DNA of 31,753 nt from a virus (Duplodnaviria > Caudoviricetes): positions 1 through 31,753 of the IMG/VR virus record IMGVR_UViG_3300020043_002756; one strand, written 5' to 3'. A program made the position numbers and the translations under genes. Positions 16,510-27,509 of the stretch are shown here, piece by piece; position 1 is the stretch's first letter; each line of letters starts with the position of its first letter. A model generated the notes under the pieces. It was not told where the DNA came from, searched no databases, and saw nothing but the letters and a program-made list of their open reading frames with translations.

Positions 16510-17445
16510 ATGTATATACAAGCAAACGCACAGCAATCATTAACTGTACCTGTGGGCGAGTTAATATCGTTATCAAGCTTTGGCGAAGGCCAGACAATAA
16601 TCGAGTACAGTACAGAGCCAAGCGCTTATCCTACTCGATTTTATGAGGTTATGCGCCTTGATGATGAGGCGGTGACGTTAGGGCCATTTGCTGCTGATAG
16701 AGTGGTTAGGGTTACTTCAAACGGTGCGCAAGTTGAATACTCCATAAGTGTTAATCCTAAGCTGAGAGAAACAAGGGCCAAAGATATTAACTATGACGAT
16801 GGGTTAAAGTTTGTTGCTGCTGCTGATACTTTTACCACATTGATATATGAAGATGATTCAGGAAGCGTAAAACTTGTTAGTGCCGGCGCTCATGGATTAA
16901 CTACTGCCGTTTCTGTTGGGGCATCAATCTATGTTGAATGGGATGATGCAGGTGTGAATGGCTTCTATGAAATAACTGCACTGGATTCTGACACAACAGG
17001 CGTAGAAATAACCATTGAGTATGCATATGACACAGGATTCGGAACTCCTACTGTATCTGTAGCTGGCGATGCCGTTAACGTATCCACTAAGCCGCTGTTA
17101 GGTGATAGCGTTGGTTATAACGGGTACATGAATATATTTGCTGTTTATACAATGGTTTCAAGTGCTAACGATAAGATTGTGTCAATTACTTTAGGAGGCG
17201 AAACGATACTGGATTACACAGCAACTACAAGCGCTTCACTTGTTATTGATAAATCATTTATGGCGGCGAATGGTAAGCTTTATGCGTCTCCATTAAACAA
17301 TGCAGGCTATGGCGCATCATCTTCAGCCATTACCGAAGTGGATTTTGATGGCAGTGTTAGGAATGATATTGTTTTTGCTATGTCGTGCGAAGTTGCAAAC
17401 GAACCTATTACCCTGAATGTATATAAAGTCAAAGCGTGGTATTAA
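16510..17445 (+). CDS. Putative virion structural protein
   Basis: 311 aa, beta-rich, translationally coupled. Confidence 0.7.
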   Translation: MYIQANAQQSLTVPVGELISLSSFGEGQTIIEYSTEPSAYPTRFYEVMRLDDEAVTLGPFAADRVVRVTSNGAQVEYSISVNPKLRETRAKDINYDDGLKFVAAADTFTTLIYEDDSGSVKLVSAGAHGLTTAVSVGASIYVEWDDAGVNGFYEITALDSDTTGVEITIEYAYDTGFGTPTVSVAGDAVNVSTKPLLGDSVGYNGYMNIFAVYTMVSSANDKIVSITLGGETILDYTATTSASLVIDKSFMAANGKLYASPLNNAGYGASSSAITEVDFDGSVRNDIVFAMSCEVANEPITLNVYKVKAWY

Positions 17446-18846
17446 ATGCAAATACCTATTTTATCGGGTATATACACGGATGAAAATTCAGACTTCAGGA
17501 CAAGCTACCCAGTGAATATGATCCCTGTGCCTAAAAGTACGGGGATTAATCAGGGTTATTTGCAACCGGCCGAGGGTATTATTCAGTTTTGCGCAACCGA
17601 TGGAATAGATCGAGGCGGAATAAACTGGAATGGCGTTTTATACAGGGTAATAGGTAGTAAATTAGTTAGAGTATCTGATTCAGGAAACATTGTAATCATT
17701 GGTGATGTTGGAATATCTGGCACTGTTACTTTTGATTATTCGTTTGATTATCTTGCCGTATCTTCAAACGGTAAATTCTTCCTATATGATGGTGTAACAC
17801 TTGCACAGGTAACTGATCCTGATTTAGGAATAGTTAATTCCTTTGTTTGGATTGATGGTTATTTCCTAACAACCGATGGAGGTTATATTGTTTGTACAGA
17901 TATTAACGATCCATTTTCTGTTAATCCTCTGAATTATGGCAGCTCTGAAGCTGATCCAGATCCAATTAAGCAGCTTTTACGTTTGCGCTCTGAGGTTTAT
18001 GCGTTAAACCGTTACACAATAGAAGTGTTCGAGAATGTAGGTGGTTCTGGTTTTCCGTTTAGAAGAATCCAAGGAGCACAAATGCAGCGCGGTACATTGG
18101 GCGCAAGGACTGCATGCGTATATGCTGAGTCAATTGCATTTTTAGGTAGTGGCCGTAATGAATCGCCTGCAATCTGGATTGGATCTAATGCCGATACGAC
18201 AAAAATCAGCACGCGTGAAATAGATATAATCATTGGCAAGTATAACGAACTTGAACTGTCGAGCGTAATACTTGAAGCAAGGGCTATAAACGGCCACCAA
18301 TTTCTTTATGTGCATCTAAAAGACCAGACGTTAGTCTATGATGTAGCGACAAGCCAAGCGCTTTCTACGCCTGTTTGGTTCATTCTTTCATCGGCCAGTG
18401 TAGGAACAGATATTTACAAATGCCGTAATATGATTTTCTGTTATGACAAATGGATTTGCGGTGATCCTACAGCTAACAGGTTGGGATATTTAACCGAAAC
18501 TGTATCGAATCATTACGGTGATAGTGTTCGATGGGAATTTGGCACGCAGATAATTTATAACGAGGGTAGAGGAGCAATATTCCACGATGTTGAGTTAGTT
18601 GGATTGCCCGGGCGTGTTAATTTAACAGATACGCCAACAATCTGGATGACGTACAGCCTCGATGGTCAAATATGGAGCCAAGAAAGGCCGATTATATGCG
18701 GACTTCAAGGCCAAAGAGACAAAAGGATTAAATGGTTTAGATGTGGAACTATGCGTAACTACAGAATGCAAAAGGTTTATGGTAATAGTGATGCGCGCTT
18801 ATCAATTGCGCGGCTTGAGATAACATTGGAACCATTAAATGCCTGA
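17446..18846 (+). CDS. P22 gp10-like tail hub (DNA stabilization protein)
   Basis: 466 aa; VTDPDLG, WIDGYF and SSEADPD motifs. Confidence 0.9.
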   Translation: MQIPILSGIYTDENSDFRTSYPVNMIPVPKSTGINQGYLQPAEGIIQFCATDGIDRGGINWNGVLYRVIGSKLVRVSDSGNIVIIGDVGISGTVTFDYSFDYLAVSSNGKFFLYDGVTLAQVTDPDLGIVNSFVWIDGYFLTTDGGYIVCTDINDPFSVNPLNYGSSEADPDPIKQLLRLRSEVYALNRYTIEVFENVGGSGFPFRRIQGAQMQRGTLGARTACVYAESIAFLGSGRNESPAIWIGSNADTTKISTREIDIIIGKYNELELSSVILEARAINGHQFLYVHLKDQTLVYDVATSQALSTPVWFILSSASVGTDIYKCRNMIFCYDKWICGDPTANRLGYLTETVSNHYGDSVRWEFGTQIIYNEGRGAIFHDVELVGLPGRVNLTDTPTIWMTYSLDGQIWSQERPIICGLQGQRDKRIKWFRCGTMRNYRMQKVYGNSDARLSIARLEITLEPLNA

Positions 18847-19429
18847 AAGAATATCGCCATTAACCAGGAATCAGTTAGCAAAGTTTTTGCCTAACCATGA
18901 GACTATCAAGGTTTTTGAAAGCATCCAAACTGCTGTATTTACAGATATACCTGAACTGATTGACGATAAAGTTACAAAGAATGCAGATATAACCGGCGCT
19001 ACTAAAACCAAGATAACCTACGATGAAAAGGGTTTAGTTGTTAGTGGTTCCGATGCGACAACAGCGGATATAGCTGATAGCACAAACAAGCGCTATGTTA
19101 CCGATGCGATGCTAACTTTGATTGCATCTATAACCAAGATTACAACAGGTTCAAACGCTAACGGGTACTGGCTAAAGATAACAGATAAAGACAATAACAA
19201 TTTATGTTTTATTCAGGCGCGGTTCAATTACACATGGTCAGCAAATACAGATACGATTACATGGCCTGTTGCTTTTCCTGATGCGAATTATACTGTAATC
19301 GGCGCGCCTGAAACTGGCAATATTATTTATGGATCGCCTGTAGGCATTACAAAAACAGCTACACAATGCGATGTAACGTGTGCGTTAGGTGTTACGGGTG
19401 GATATGTTGCTCTTTGGTTAAAATCGTAA
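18839..19429 (+). CDS. Tail needle/fibre-like protein
   Basis: Position equivalent to P22 gp26; ITGATKTKITYDEKGLV fibre motif; C-terminal ITWPVAFP. Confidence 0.6.
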   Translation: MPERISPLTRNQLAKFLPNHETIKVFESIQTAVFTDIPELIDDKVTKNADITGATKTKITYDEKGLVVSGSDATTADIADSTNKRYVTDAMLTLIASITKITTGSNANGYWLKITDKDNNNLCFIQARFNYTWSANTDTITWPVAFPDANYTVIGAPETGNIIYGSPVGITKTATQCDVTCALGVTGGYVALWLKS

Positions 19430-19468
19430 AATGTGCTAAAATATAAAGCATAAAATCAGGTGTTTTAA

Positions 19469-20122
19469 ATGAGTATTTTTACAGATGTTCGTGATGCAGT
19501 AACTGGCAAATCAATAATCGGTGCAATTACAGGTTCTGATGCTGCTGCGCAAGCGGCAAAAGATGCGGCGGCAACACAGGCAGCTTCGGCAACTCAAGGC
19601 ATCGAGGAGCAGCGCAGGCAGTTTGATAAAATGGTTAGCCTGATGATGCCTTATGTAAACGCCGGCACTACAGGACTACAAGCACAACAAAACCTATTGG
19701 GTTTGGGTGGCGATGCGGCACAAACCAGCGCAATAAATCAGATTCAAAACTCGCCTGAATTGGCAGCAATGCTTCAGCAAGGTGAGCGCTCAATTCTTCA
19801 AAATGCTTCGGCTACGGGTGGTTTACGTGGTGGCGATGTACAAGGCGCATTGGCTCAATATAGACCTAACATCCTTAATCAGTTGATTCAGCAAAAATAC
19901 TCGAATCTAGGCGGCCTAAGCCAATTAGGCCAAGCTTCGGCAGCTGGACAAGCCAGTGCTGGGTTGAATGTAGGAAGTAATATTGCAAACCTTATGCATC
20001 AACAAGGCGCGGCTATAGCTGGAGGTCAGTTGGCGGCGGGCAATCAACAGCGGCAAATGTTTGGCGATATGTTAAGCATTGGCGGTATGTTTGCAGGTGC
20101 TAAAGCTGGGGGGATGTTTTAA
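19469..20122 (+). CDS. P22 gp7-like DNA transfer/ejection protein
   Basis: Ala/Gly/Gln-rich; GIEEQRRQFD and ASATGGLRGG motifs. Confidence 0.85.
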   Translation: MSIFTDVRDAVTGKSIIGAITGSDAAAQAAKDAAATQAASATQGIEEQRRQFDKMVSLMMPYVNAGTTGLQAQQNLLGLGGDAAQTSAINQIQNSPELAAMLQQGERSILQNASATGGLRGGDVQGALAQYRPNILNQLIQQKYSNLGGLSQLGQASAAGQASAGLNVGSNIANLMHQQGAAIAGGQLAAGNQQRQMFGDMLSIGGMFAGAKAGGMF

Positions 20123-21450
20123 TGCAACCTATTAATTACCTGATGCCACAGCAAAACATTACTGAAAACCTTTTGCAAGGCCTGCAAGTTGGTGCAATGT
20201 TTGGTAATCTCGCGCAGCAATCAAGACAGCGAGAAGAAGAACAGGCGGCAAAAGAAGCCGCCAAACAAACAGAGATTCAATTTAAAGCCGATATGTCAGA
20301 ATATTGGGGCAATCCTACTGCCGACAAAGCAGGCGTGCTTATATCGAAGTATCCACAGTTTAAAGATGCGTTCAAAGAGTCATGGAATGTATTGGATAAA
20401 AGCCAAAAGGAAGAACAATTTGGTTTTGGTTTAAAACTCGAATCCGCATTGTCAAACGGTGGAAAAGATACTGCATTAGAATTGCTGAACGGAAGGATTG
20501 AAGCAAAGAAAAATGCTGGCCAAGATTTTACAGAATTGGAAGATATGAAGGTTTCGCTTGAAGCCGGTGATGTGAATGATGCTCTTGCATCAACGCAAAT
20601 CAAGTTGATGTCAGTTGATGGTGAAAGGTACTCTAAGATTAAAGACGAGTACCGGAAGCAACAAACATTTATTCCGGAATTGCAAGAAAAAAGAGCCAAG
20701 GCATACAGGGAGGCAATTCTTGCTGAAAATCAAAACGAATTATCAGCGGCTGAAATTGCGGCTAAAACTGCTGTCACTAAAAAAGCTTACAACGATATTA
20801 CTAATTCTAATCAGCGGTTAATTCTCGATAAAGAAAAGGCGTTGATGGATTACCAAAAAATGCAAAAGGAAATGGCACAGATACCGCCAGCTATGGAAAA
20901 GGTTTATTCACAATCGGCATTAGACAGAATAGAAAATGATCAGGCTGCTAATGCCGCTTTAGATTTAGCTAATCAGTTTTCACAGGTTAAAGATGTTCAA
21001 GGCGGATTTAAAACAGCGGCTAACCAATGGCTTAAAGAAAAAACAGGGAATGAAGACAGTTATACATTGTTACAGAAAAAATATATAACAATGAAAAATA
21101 TGATAGCTTCAAAGAATATACCAAAGCCTGCATCTAACGTGGATATTGAGTTATTCATGAAAGGCTTTCCCTCTGAAAATGCAAGCCCTGAAGTATTGGC
21201 CGAATATTTAAGACAAGCTGCTGTAGTGAGTAAACATGTTTCACTTGCTGAACAGGCCAAACAAGATTGGATAGATGCCAATAAAAGTATGGGAAGAGCT
21301 AAAGAAGAAACTGTTATAAATGGAATTCCGGTTAAAGCGGGTATGGGCTTTGAGGATTATCAAAAAGCATTTGTAGCGCCAAGAATTTCAGAGTTTGAGC
21401 AGTTTACAAAAGGTACTGCCAAACAGAAAATAATTAAGAGTGATTTTTAA
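20122..21450 (+). CDS. Ejection protein (gp20-like position)
   Basis: Helical 442 aa protein directly after the gp7-like gene. Confidence 0.7.
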   Translation: MQPINYLMPQQNITENLLQGLQVGAMFGNLAQQSRQREEEQAAKEAAKQTEIQFKADMSEYWGNPTADKAGVLISKYPQFKDAFKESWNVLDKSQKEEQFGFGLKLESALSNGGKDTALELLNGRIEAKKNAGQDFTELEDMKVSLEAGDVNDALASTQIKLMSVDGERYSKIKDEYRKQQTFIPELQEKRAKAYREAILAENQNELSAAEIAAKTAVTKKAYNDITNSNQRLILDKEKALMDYQKMQKEMAQIPPAMEKVYSQSALDRIENDQAANAALDLANQFSQVKDVQGGFKTAANQWLKEKTGNEDSYTLLQKKYITMKNMIASKNIPKPASNVDIELFMKGFPSENASPEVLAEYLRQAAVVSKHVSLAEQAKQDWIDANKSMGRAKEETVINGIPVKAGMGFEDYQKAFVAPRISEFEQFTKGTAKQKIIKSDF

Positions 21451-23768
21451 TGCCTTACATTATTGAAACAAAAGACGGCATAAGTGTAGGTAATATCCCT
21501 GATAATATTGCGCAGGATGACCCACAATTAAAATCTATTGTTGAAAACGCAAGGGCAAAAGGTGAAAAATATGCATACTTCAAAACGGAAGTGCAAGCCG
21601 AAGAAGAACAAGTAACACCGCTGAAAGGTTTTGTTGGAAAGGTCACTGGCGAAAGCTTGCAAACGCCTGAAACACAAGCCTTGAGCAATTGGGCAGATAT
21701 GCCAGAAATGGCGCAAATGACTAACGGCATGATGCCTGCTGCTAAAACTGCGTTAGGTGCTGCATTCTCAAGCCCTGAAGAAATAGCGCAGATTGTACAA
21801 TCTAACTTCCCTAATGTTGCTGTGAGACAGGATGCAAAGGGAAATTATGTTATGCAATCTCCATCGGACGGGAAAGAGTATGTAATTCAGCCAGGATGGT
21901 TTAAAGATCCTATTCGCGGTGGCGGTGCTATTGCTGAAATGGGGGCTGGATTGGCAGGTAGAATACCTGTAATGGTAGCAAGCAAGATGGCCTCTCCATT
22001 GGTTGGTGCTATTGAATCAGGCGGATTGCAGGCAGGAATAGAAGGATTACAAGCGGCTACAGGTGGCGAGTTTAACCCATTGCAGGTAGCAACTGCTGGC
22101 GCTCTAGGTGGTGCAATTCCGGCTGTAAGTAATATTGGCAAAGGTACCGCTGATATTCCCGTTGTTGCTAAAGAGGCAATAACTGAAGCTAAACTTCCGC
22201 CTGAACAAATTGAAAGCATTGGCGGTGCTGATCAACAATCGGCATTTGGTGATTTGTTAAAGAAAGCTGCTTCAGGTGATGAAAAAGCTACCCGTGAATT
22301 AGCGTTGCTCACAAATGTGAACAAGGAAGCGAAAAAAGCTGCCGATGATTTAGGCTTATATCTCCCATTAGATGTATTAAGCGACAATCCATTTATAAAA
22401 TCATTGGCAGGTCAGGAAAGATCAATAAGGTCAAGTGATGCTGAATTAAACTTTGACAGGGCGATAGAACGAGCTGCGAGCGATGCCGATACACTGCTAA
22501 AAGGGTTAGGCTTTACGCGTGATTTGGACGGTGTAAATACTAAAGTGTTTACCACGTTGGATGGCTCTTTAAAAGCCATGGGTAATCGTGCAGAAGAGTT
22601 ATACAAAAAGGTTGATGATTCTATCAAGCCTGAAACGCCTGCATCATTAGATAATTTAACTCAGTTAGTTGAACAGATAAAGATTGAACGCCCGGGCATA
22701 AGAACCAAAGGCGAAGACAATCAAATATTTGATTTGGTTGAGCGATACAAGAATACAGGCAAGGAGGGTGTTATTCCACCTACTTATGCCGAATTATCTA
22801 CAGAGCGCAGCATGATAGGAAAGGCTATGCGTGGTGGGAATTCTCCTTATTCAACTATGGATGACGCAAGTTTAAAGCGTATTTATGCAGCCTTATCAGA
22901 GGATAAAACAGCCAATGTTGCGGCTACTGAAGGCGGGGAAATGCTCGTTAAGGATATGAAAAGAGCGGATCAAATATGGAAGAAGAAAGCAGAATTACAG
23001 GATAAGTTAATATCAGTTTATGGCACTAATCTTAACGGTAGTATTACAAAGTCAATCAAGGCCTCATTAGAAGGCGGGAAGAAAGGCGATGTAACGGCAT
23101 TGAATAAAATATTGGCGGTTATACCTAAGTCAATGCGCGGCGAGGCGTTAGGTTCTGCATTGTTAAGCGCTGCAACATCGAGAGCGCATCCAACTAAGGG
23201 GATGTTTGGATTCAATCAATATGCTGATATGTACAGGCAGCTAAGAGAAAATCCGGCTATTTACAATCGTATTATTGCTGAAATGCCAAAGGGTGCCGAT
23301 GAAACTTTACGCTCTTTGTATATTGTGTCTAATCGAATAGCTCAAGCGACAGCAAGGAAAGATACAACAGGAAAGTCAATGCAGGCTTTAACCAATTCAA
23401 TCACTGCTAACAACCTGATTGAAAAAGTGGTTAATGGCGGGCTTTATACTGTTGCTAAGGGTGGGAATTTGATTGGCGCAGGTAGTATGACTACCGGATT
23501 AGCTAACGCAGCTGCAAAGGCAATTAACGTTGATTCTGCCAGTAAAATGAAGGCCGTAAATGACCTTTTAAAATCACAAGAATTTGCAGATTTAGCTATC
23601 AATGCAGTGAAAGAAAAGCCAACAAAACGCGATATAATGAAGCTCATAACGTCAAAGACGTGGAATAATTACGCGAAGCAAGTTGGCATGAAACGCGATT
23701 TAAAAAATTATGAAAGATGGGTTAGCGCAGCATTGCAACCTGTATCATCTACAAGCGAGGAAGAGTAA
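21450..23768 (+). CDS. Ejection protein (gp16-like position)
   Basis: 772 aa; Gly/Ala-rich hydrophobic segments; synteny. Confidence 0.7.
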   Translation: MPYIIETKDGISVGNIPDNIAQDDPQLKSIVENARAKGEKYAYFKTEVQAEEEQVTPLKGFVGKVTGESLQTPETQALSNWADMPEMAQMTNGMMPAAKTALGAAFSSPEEIAQIVQSNFPNVAVRQDAKGNYVMQSPSDGKEYVIQPGWFKDPIRGGGAIAEMGAGLAGRIPVMVASKMASPLVGAIESGGLQAGIEGLQAATGGEFNPLQVATAGALGGAIPAVSNIGKGTADIPVVAKEAITEAKLPPEQIESIGGADQQSAFGDLLKKAASGDEKATRELALLTNVNKEAKKAADDLGLYLPLDVLSDNPFIKSLAGQERSIRSSDAELNFDRAIERAASDADTLLKGLGFTRDLDGVNTKVFTTLDGSLKAMGNRAEELYKKVDDSIKPETPASLDNLTQLVEQIKIERPGIRTKGEDNQIFDLVERYKNTGKEGVIPPTYAELSTERSMIGKAMRGGNSPYSTMDDASLKRIYAALSEDKTANVAATEGGEMLVKDMKRADQIWKKKAELQDKLISVYGTNLNGSITKSIKASLEGGKKGDVTALNKILAVIPKSMRGEALGSALLSAATSRAHPTKGMFGFNQYADMYRQLRENPAIYNRIIAEMPKGADETLRSLYIVSNRIAQATARKDTTGKSMQALTNSITANNLIEKVVNGGLYTVAKGGNLIGAGSMTTGLANAAAKAINVDSASKMKAVNDLLKSQEFADLAINAVKEKPTKRDIMKLITSKTWNNYAKQVGMKRDLKNYERWVSAALQPVSSTSEEE

Positions 23769-26353
23769 TGTTTTCAGTAAGTGCAAACAATAAAGTATTT
23801 ACAGGGAGTGATGGCAATCCGCTTGATAGTGGTTATTTATATTTCGGTGCTATTAATACAAATCCTGAAACTAATCCTATTTCTGTTTATTGGGACAAGG
23901 CGGGGACAATACCTGCATTACAGCCCATACGCACTATAAACGGTTATCCGGCACGCAATGGAGCGCCTGCAATAGTTTATGTATCGGCTGATTTTTCTTG
24001 CACTATGCGAGATAAAAACGGCGTTTTACAATTTACAGCACCAACATCAACCGATTACGGTTTTATAACCGGATTGTTAGGCGGCGCTGGAGGTTCTGCA
24101 TTAATCGGGTACACATTTGATGCTGAAGCAACAACAATTACTGTATACAATGCCTTAAGGAATTTAGGGCCAACAGTAAAAGATTTTGGCGCGGCAGGTG
24201 ATGGGGTAACAGACGATACGTTAGCCATTCAAACTGCAATTAACTGGCTGTCTAACAACGGTGGCGGGACATTACACATACCTGAAGGTGTATATTTACA
24301 CAGTACTTTATATTTCTGCTATGACGCAGAAATCAACCCAGATTTTAATACAGAGACTTTTAGCCAAGGGCGTATAACATTGCATGGCGTAGGGTGTGGT
24401 GATCATACAAATGCACGTGATGGTAACTACATTGGAAGCGTTTTAAAGTACGCTGATACTACTGGAGACGGATTAGTATTTAATCCTGTCAACGCGACAA
24501 CTTGTCGGAATGTTGCTATTCGTGATTTAGCAATAGTCGGTGAAACATCAGACAGGCTTGTTAATCTGTCACAAACAAATACAGCATGCACTATTGAACG
24601 TGTAGTCATTTTTAATGATGGCGAAGGTGTCGCTCTGTTTATGCAGGTTGTTTATAACTTCTCTGTTAGATCATGCTTTATCTTAGGTACAGGGAAAGGT
24701 AAGGGGATATGGCTTAAGCCTACAACCATAGCTGATGGCGTTTTGAAAAACCGTGGCGGTGGTGATCAAATATTCCAGGATGTAACGTGTAATAACTTCG
24801 ACGTTGCATGGGATTTAGGAAACAAGTTTTCTACCGGTATAACCAAGTTTTACAAAAACTTAACATTGATTGGTTGCCAAGGGAAAGCAAGCCGCGTTGG
24901 TATGAGTGTACGCTATGGAATAACAGGATTAGCATTGATTAACTGCTGGTTTGAAGGCAACGGAGGGTCGGAAGGTAGAGATATTCTGTTTTCTTCAGCC
25001 GCTGGTTTTGATGATATAACAAACGACTTTAAAGGCGCATTGACCATTATAGGTGGAAATATTGCATCAAATCCGGTAAGTGATCCTAATGGAATTTGCT
25101 TATCACAAACGCTTGCATCGGCTGGGGCATTAACCATAAATGGTGCCTTTGCTGATGCTGGTGTGGCCACGCTTGATTTTGCCTATCAAGTTTCAATTAC
25201 TTCAGCATCTAACAATGGTGCAAATTATTTTTCAGTAACCGGAACAGATAAAGATGATAATGCGCAAAGTGAAACATTATCAGGCCCCATTGCAAATACA
25301 GTAAAAACAACAAAATACTATAAAACGATTACATCTGTGTCGTGTTCGCCAGATCGCATATATGGTACATGTGAGGTTGGTTTTGATGCATCCTTGTTTA
25401 AAAATATGCAGATTGGATCATATACAGCAGATGTGGAGGGTGTATGCGCTACTCAATCGCCTGGCGGTGCTGGTAACTTAAATATTAACGGAACAAAAGC
25501 TTCAGGAGGATATGCTGATCTTGATGGACTGTATCAAATTACAGTAACGGCATCAACAAACGAAACTGCTAACACTTTCACATTTCATGGCAATGATTGG
25601 AATGGTGACGTACAGATTGAGGCAATTAGCGGTCCTTCGGCTGGTGGTTCTGTAACCGGCACAAGCTATTTCAGTGGCATCTATGCCGTCGAATGTACGC
25701 AAGCAGCGTCGGATGTTCAGGTTGGAATTTATTCAGCCGGCAATGATGCTGTTGGTGCTGTGTCCATGCTTAATACTGTGTTTAACTTTGTTGCTCAATC
25801 AGCAATCAGGAAATACAACGATGCAAACAACGGCGTATTAACGTTAGACAGCTGCGCTTTCCATAATAACGGCGGGAATATACTTGAAATTGAAGATGCA
25901 GTTCAGAATGGTGATATTATCGTACGTGGTAACATGGAAACGGATATAAGTCCGTCTAAGTGGGCAGTTGGGACAACAAGCGGCGATGATGTTTCTGGTT
26001 ATGTTAATTGGGATATACCAGCATTTCTTAAATATATGTCAACTGATGCACAAACATCACAAGGAACATTCAGATTAAACATAACGCCACATTCAAGCGG
26101 TAACTTGATTTATGTTACCGGCGCAGCTGATTTGAAATGGATACAAATTCCGCTTGTTTACAGCTGTGAGATAACGCTGATATTTAGCGAAGCAAAAACA
26201 GTTAAGAATAACAATGGAAGCAACCCAACTGGTTACGCAAGTATTTTATTGGCAGGTGCTGCGGACTTTGTAACAACAGCCAATGACGTTCTGACTCTGG
26301 TATACTGTAGTGATGCAGGTGCTTGGTTAGAAAAATGCAGATCCATCAATTGA
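23768..26353 (+). CDS. Tailspike: head-binding-like N-terminus plus pectate-lyase-like beta-helix
   Basis: GNPLDSGYLYFG...QPIRTINGYP N-terminus; VKDFGAAGDGVTDDTLAIQTAI...IPEGVY motif. Confidence 0.88.
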   Translation: MFSVSANNKVFTGSDGNPLDSGYLYFGAINTNPETNPISVYWDKAGTIPALQPIRTINGYPARNGAPAIVYVSADFSCTMRDKNGVLQFTAPTSTDYGFITGLLGGAGGSALIGYTFDAEATTITVYNALRNLGPTVKDFGAAGDGVTDDTLAIQTAINWLSNNGGGTLHIPEGVYLHSTLYFCYDAEINPDFNTETFSQGRITLHGVGCGDHTNARDGNYIGSVLKYADTTGDGLVFNPVNATTCRNVAIRDLAIVGETSDRLVNLSQTNTACTIERVVIFNDGEGVALFMQVVYNFSVRSCFILGTGKGKGIWLKPTTIADGVLKNRGGGDQIFQDVTCNNFDVAWDLGNKFSTGITKFYKNLTLIGCQGKASRVGMSVRYGITGLALINCWFEGNGGSEGRDILFSSAAGFDDITNDFKGALTIIGGNIASNPVSDPNGICLSQTLASAGALTINGAFADAGVATLDFAYQVSITSASNNGANYFSVTGTDKDDNAQSETLSGPIANTVKTTKYYKTITSVSCSPDRIYGTCEVGFDASLFKNMQIGSYTADVEGVCATQSPGGAGNLNINGTKASGGYADLDGLYQITVTASTNETANTFTFHGNDWNGDVQIEAISGPSAGGSVTGTSYFSGIYAVECTQAASDVQVGIYSAGNDAVGAVSMLNTVFNFVAQSAIRKYNDANNGVLTLDSCAFHNNGGNILEIEDAVQNGDIIVRGNMETDISPSKWAVGTTSGDDVSGYVNWDIPAFLKYMSTDAQTSQGTFRLNITPHSSGNLIYVTGAADLKWIQIPLVYSCEITLIFSEAKTVKNNNGSNPTGYASILLAGAADFVTTANDVLTLVYCSDAGAWLEKCRSIN

Positions 26354-26361
26354 GGTGAAAT

Positions 26362-26712
26362 ATGTTATATTCAGGTAGAGTTCCAGAAATATTTGTTACA
26401 ACGGGAGCCACTGTAGCTACTACAATAACTACAGATGCAATGCCTACACAGTTTGGTTTGTGCTATGTTTATATAGAGTTCAGCGATGATCTTGGCTTTG
26501 GCAGTTTAGTTACCCCATCGGCCGGCACGTGTACTTTAACAGCTTCAGAGAACGGGACAAATTACGGTTCAATTGTAAACGGTACTGGCTTTAGTGTTGC
26601 CACAGCTGATTATAACCGTGTAAATGTTCTTGGCAGTGTAAGAAATATCAAGGCGGTGCCAACAGGTGTAACAGGCGCGACCTACTGGCGTTTACGCGTG
26701 GCGAGGTATTAA
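26362..26712 (+). CDS. Hypothetical virion-associated protein
   Basis: 116 aa; GAGGTG RBS; beta-rich. Confidence 0.7.
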   Translation: MLYSGRVPEIFVTTGATVATTITTDAMPTQFGLCYVYIEFSDDLGFGSLVTPSAGTCTLTASENGTNYGSIVNGTGFSVATADYNRVNVLGSVRNIKAVPTGVTGATYWRLRVARY

Positions 26713-26714
26713 TA

Positions 26715-27509
26715 ATGTGGCCATCATTAAGCAGAGAAGTTTTACAAATAGCTGATACCAATTATTCAGAAATAGCATCAAACACAGGCTATCCAGTAGG
26801 AACCACCTGTTTTTGTCCTGATATAAATCTGACGGTTAGATATAATGATACAGGCTGGGAGCCAGTAGAAACCATTTATAGCATAATGCCGATTCCTAGC
26901 ATGTACATGAATACTTCTCCGCCCAATACTGCATCTTATACTCAATCAGCATATACGGTAACAGTGTCAGGGTGGACAGGCCACGGCATACCTGCGCAAT
27001 ATGACGGCGCAAGGGTTTATTTGCCAGCCAGTACGTCAATTGCAGCTGGATGGTATTACGACCTCACAGTTACCGGCGTGGATAGTTTTACATGCCGCAG
27101 TCTGGTATCACAAACGGTCACAAGCGAAACCCCTGCAAGCAGCACGTCTGAAATCAATTTACCTACCGTTTTAACTGAGCCTACAGGCAGCCAGCTTGTG
27201 CCTATAGGCGCTCAATTGCAAACTGGTCTGTACTGGGACGCGAAAAACTCAGCTGCTACCAAGTCGCTTAGAATGTACAGCTATGGCGTACAGGTAAACA
27301 CAACAGCGACCAGAACTACATCTACTGTTACAGCCGCAGCGTCTGGCTCTACTATTGTTCCAACAGCTGGCGATAAAATTTTTATTATTGGTTCAAACCC
27401 GTCAACACCTGCTAGTAAGATTGACAGCACGCATAAAATATCATTGCAGCATAGCGCAACTGATTCGTGGTCTGTAGTTATAACAGGGTTTATGCAAGTG
27501 CGTAAATAA
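26715..27509 (+). CDS. Ser/Thr-rich putative tail-associated protein
   Basis: 264 aa; coupled to its neighbours. Confidence 0.7.
   Translation: MWPSLSREVLQIADTNYSEIASNTGYPVGTTCFCPDINLTVRYNDTGWEPVETIYSIMPIPSMYMNTSPPNTASYTQSAYTVTVSGWTGHGIPAQYDGARVYLPASTSIAAGWYYDLTVTGVDSFTCRSLVSQTVTSETPASSTSEINLPTVLTEPTGSQLVPIGAQLQTGLYWDAKNSAATKSLRMYSYGVQVNTTATRTTSTVTAAASGSTIVPTAGDKIFIIGSNPSTPASKIDSTHKISLQHSATDSWSVVITGFMQVRK

Noticed and set aside
23768-27509. Diversity-generating retroelement or invertible tail-fibre system
   Set aside because: There is no reverse transcriptase or invertase, and no near-identical TR/VR nucleotide repeat; the tailspike duplication is old and visible only at protein level.
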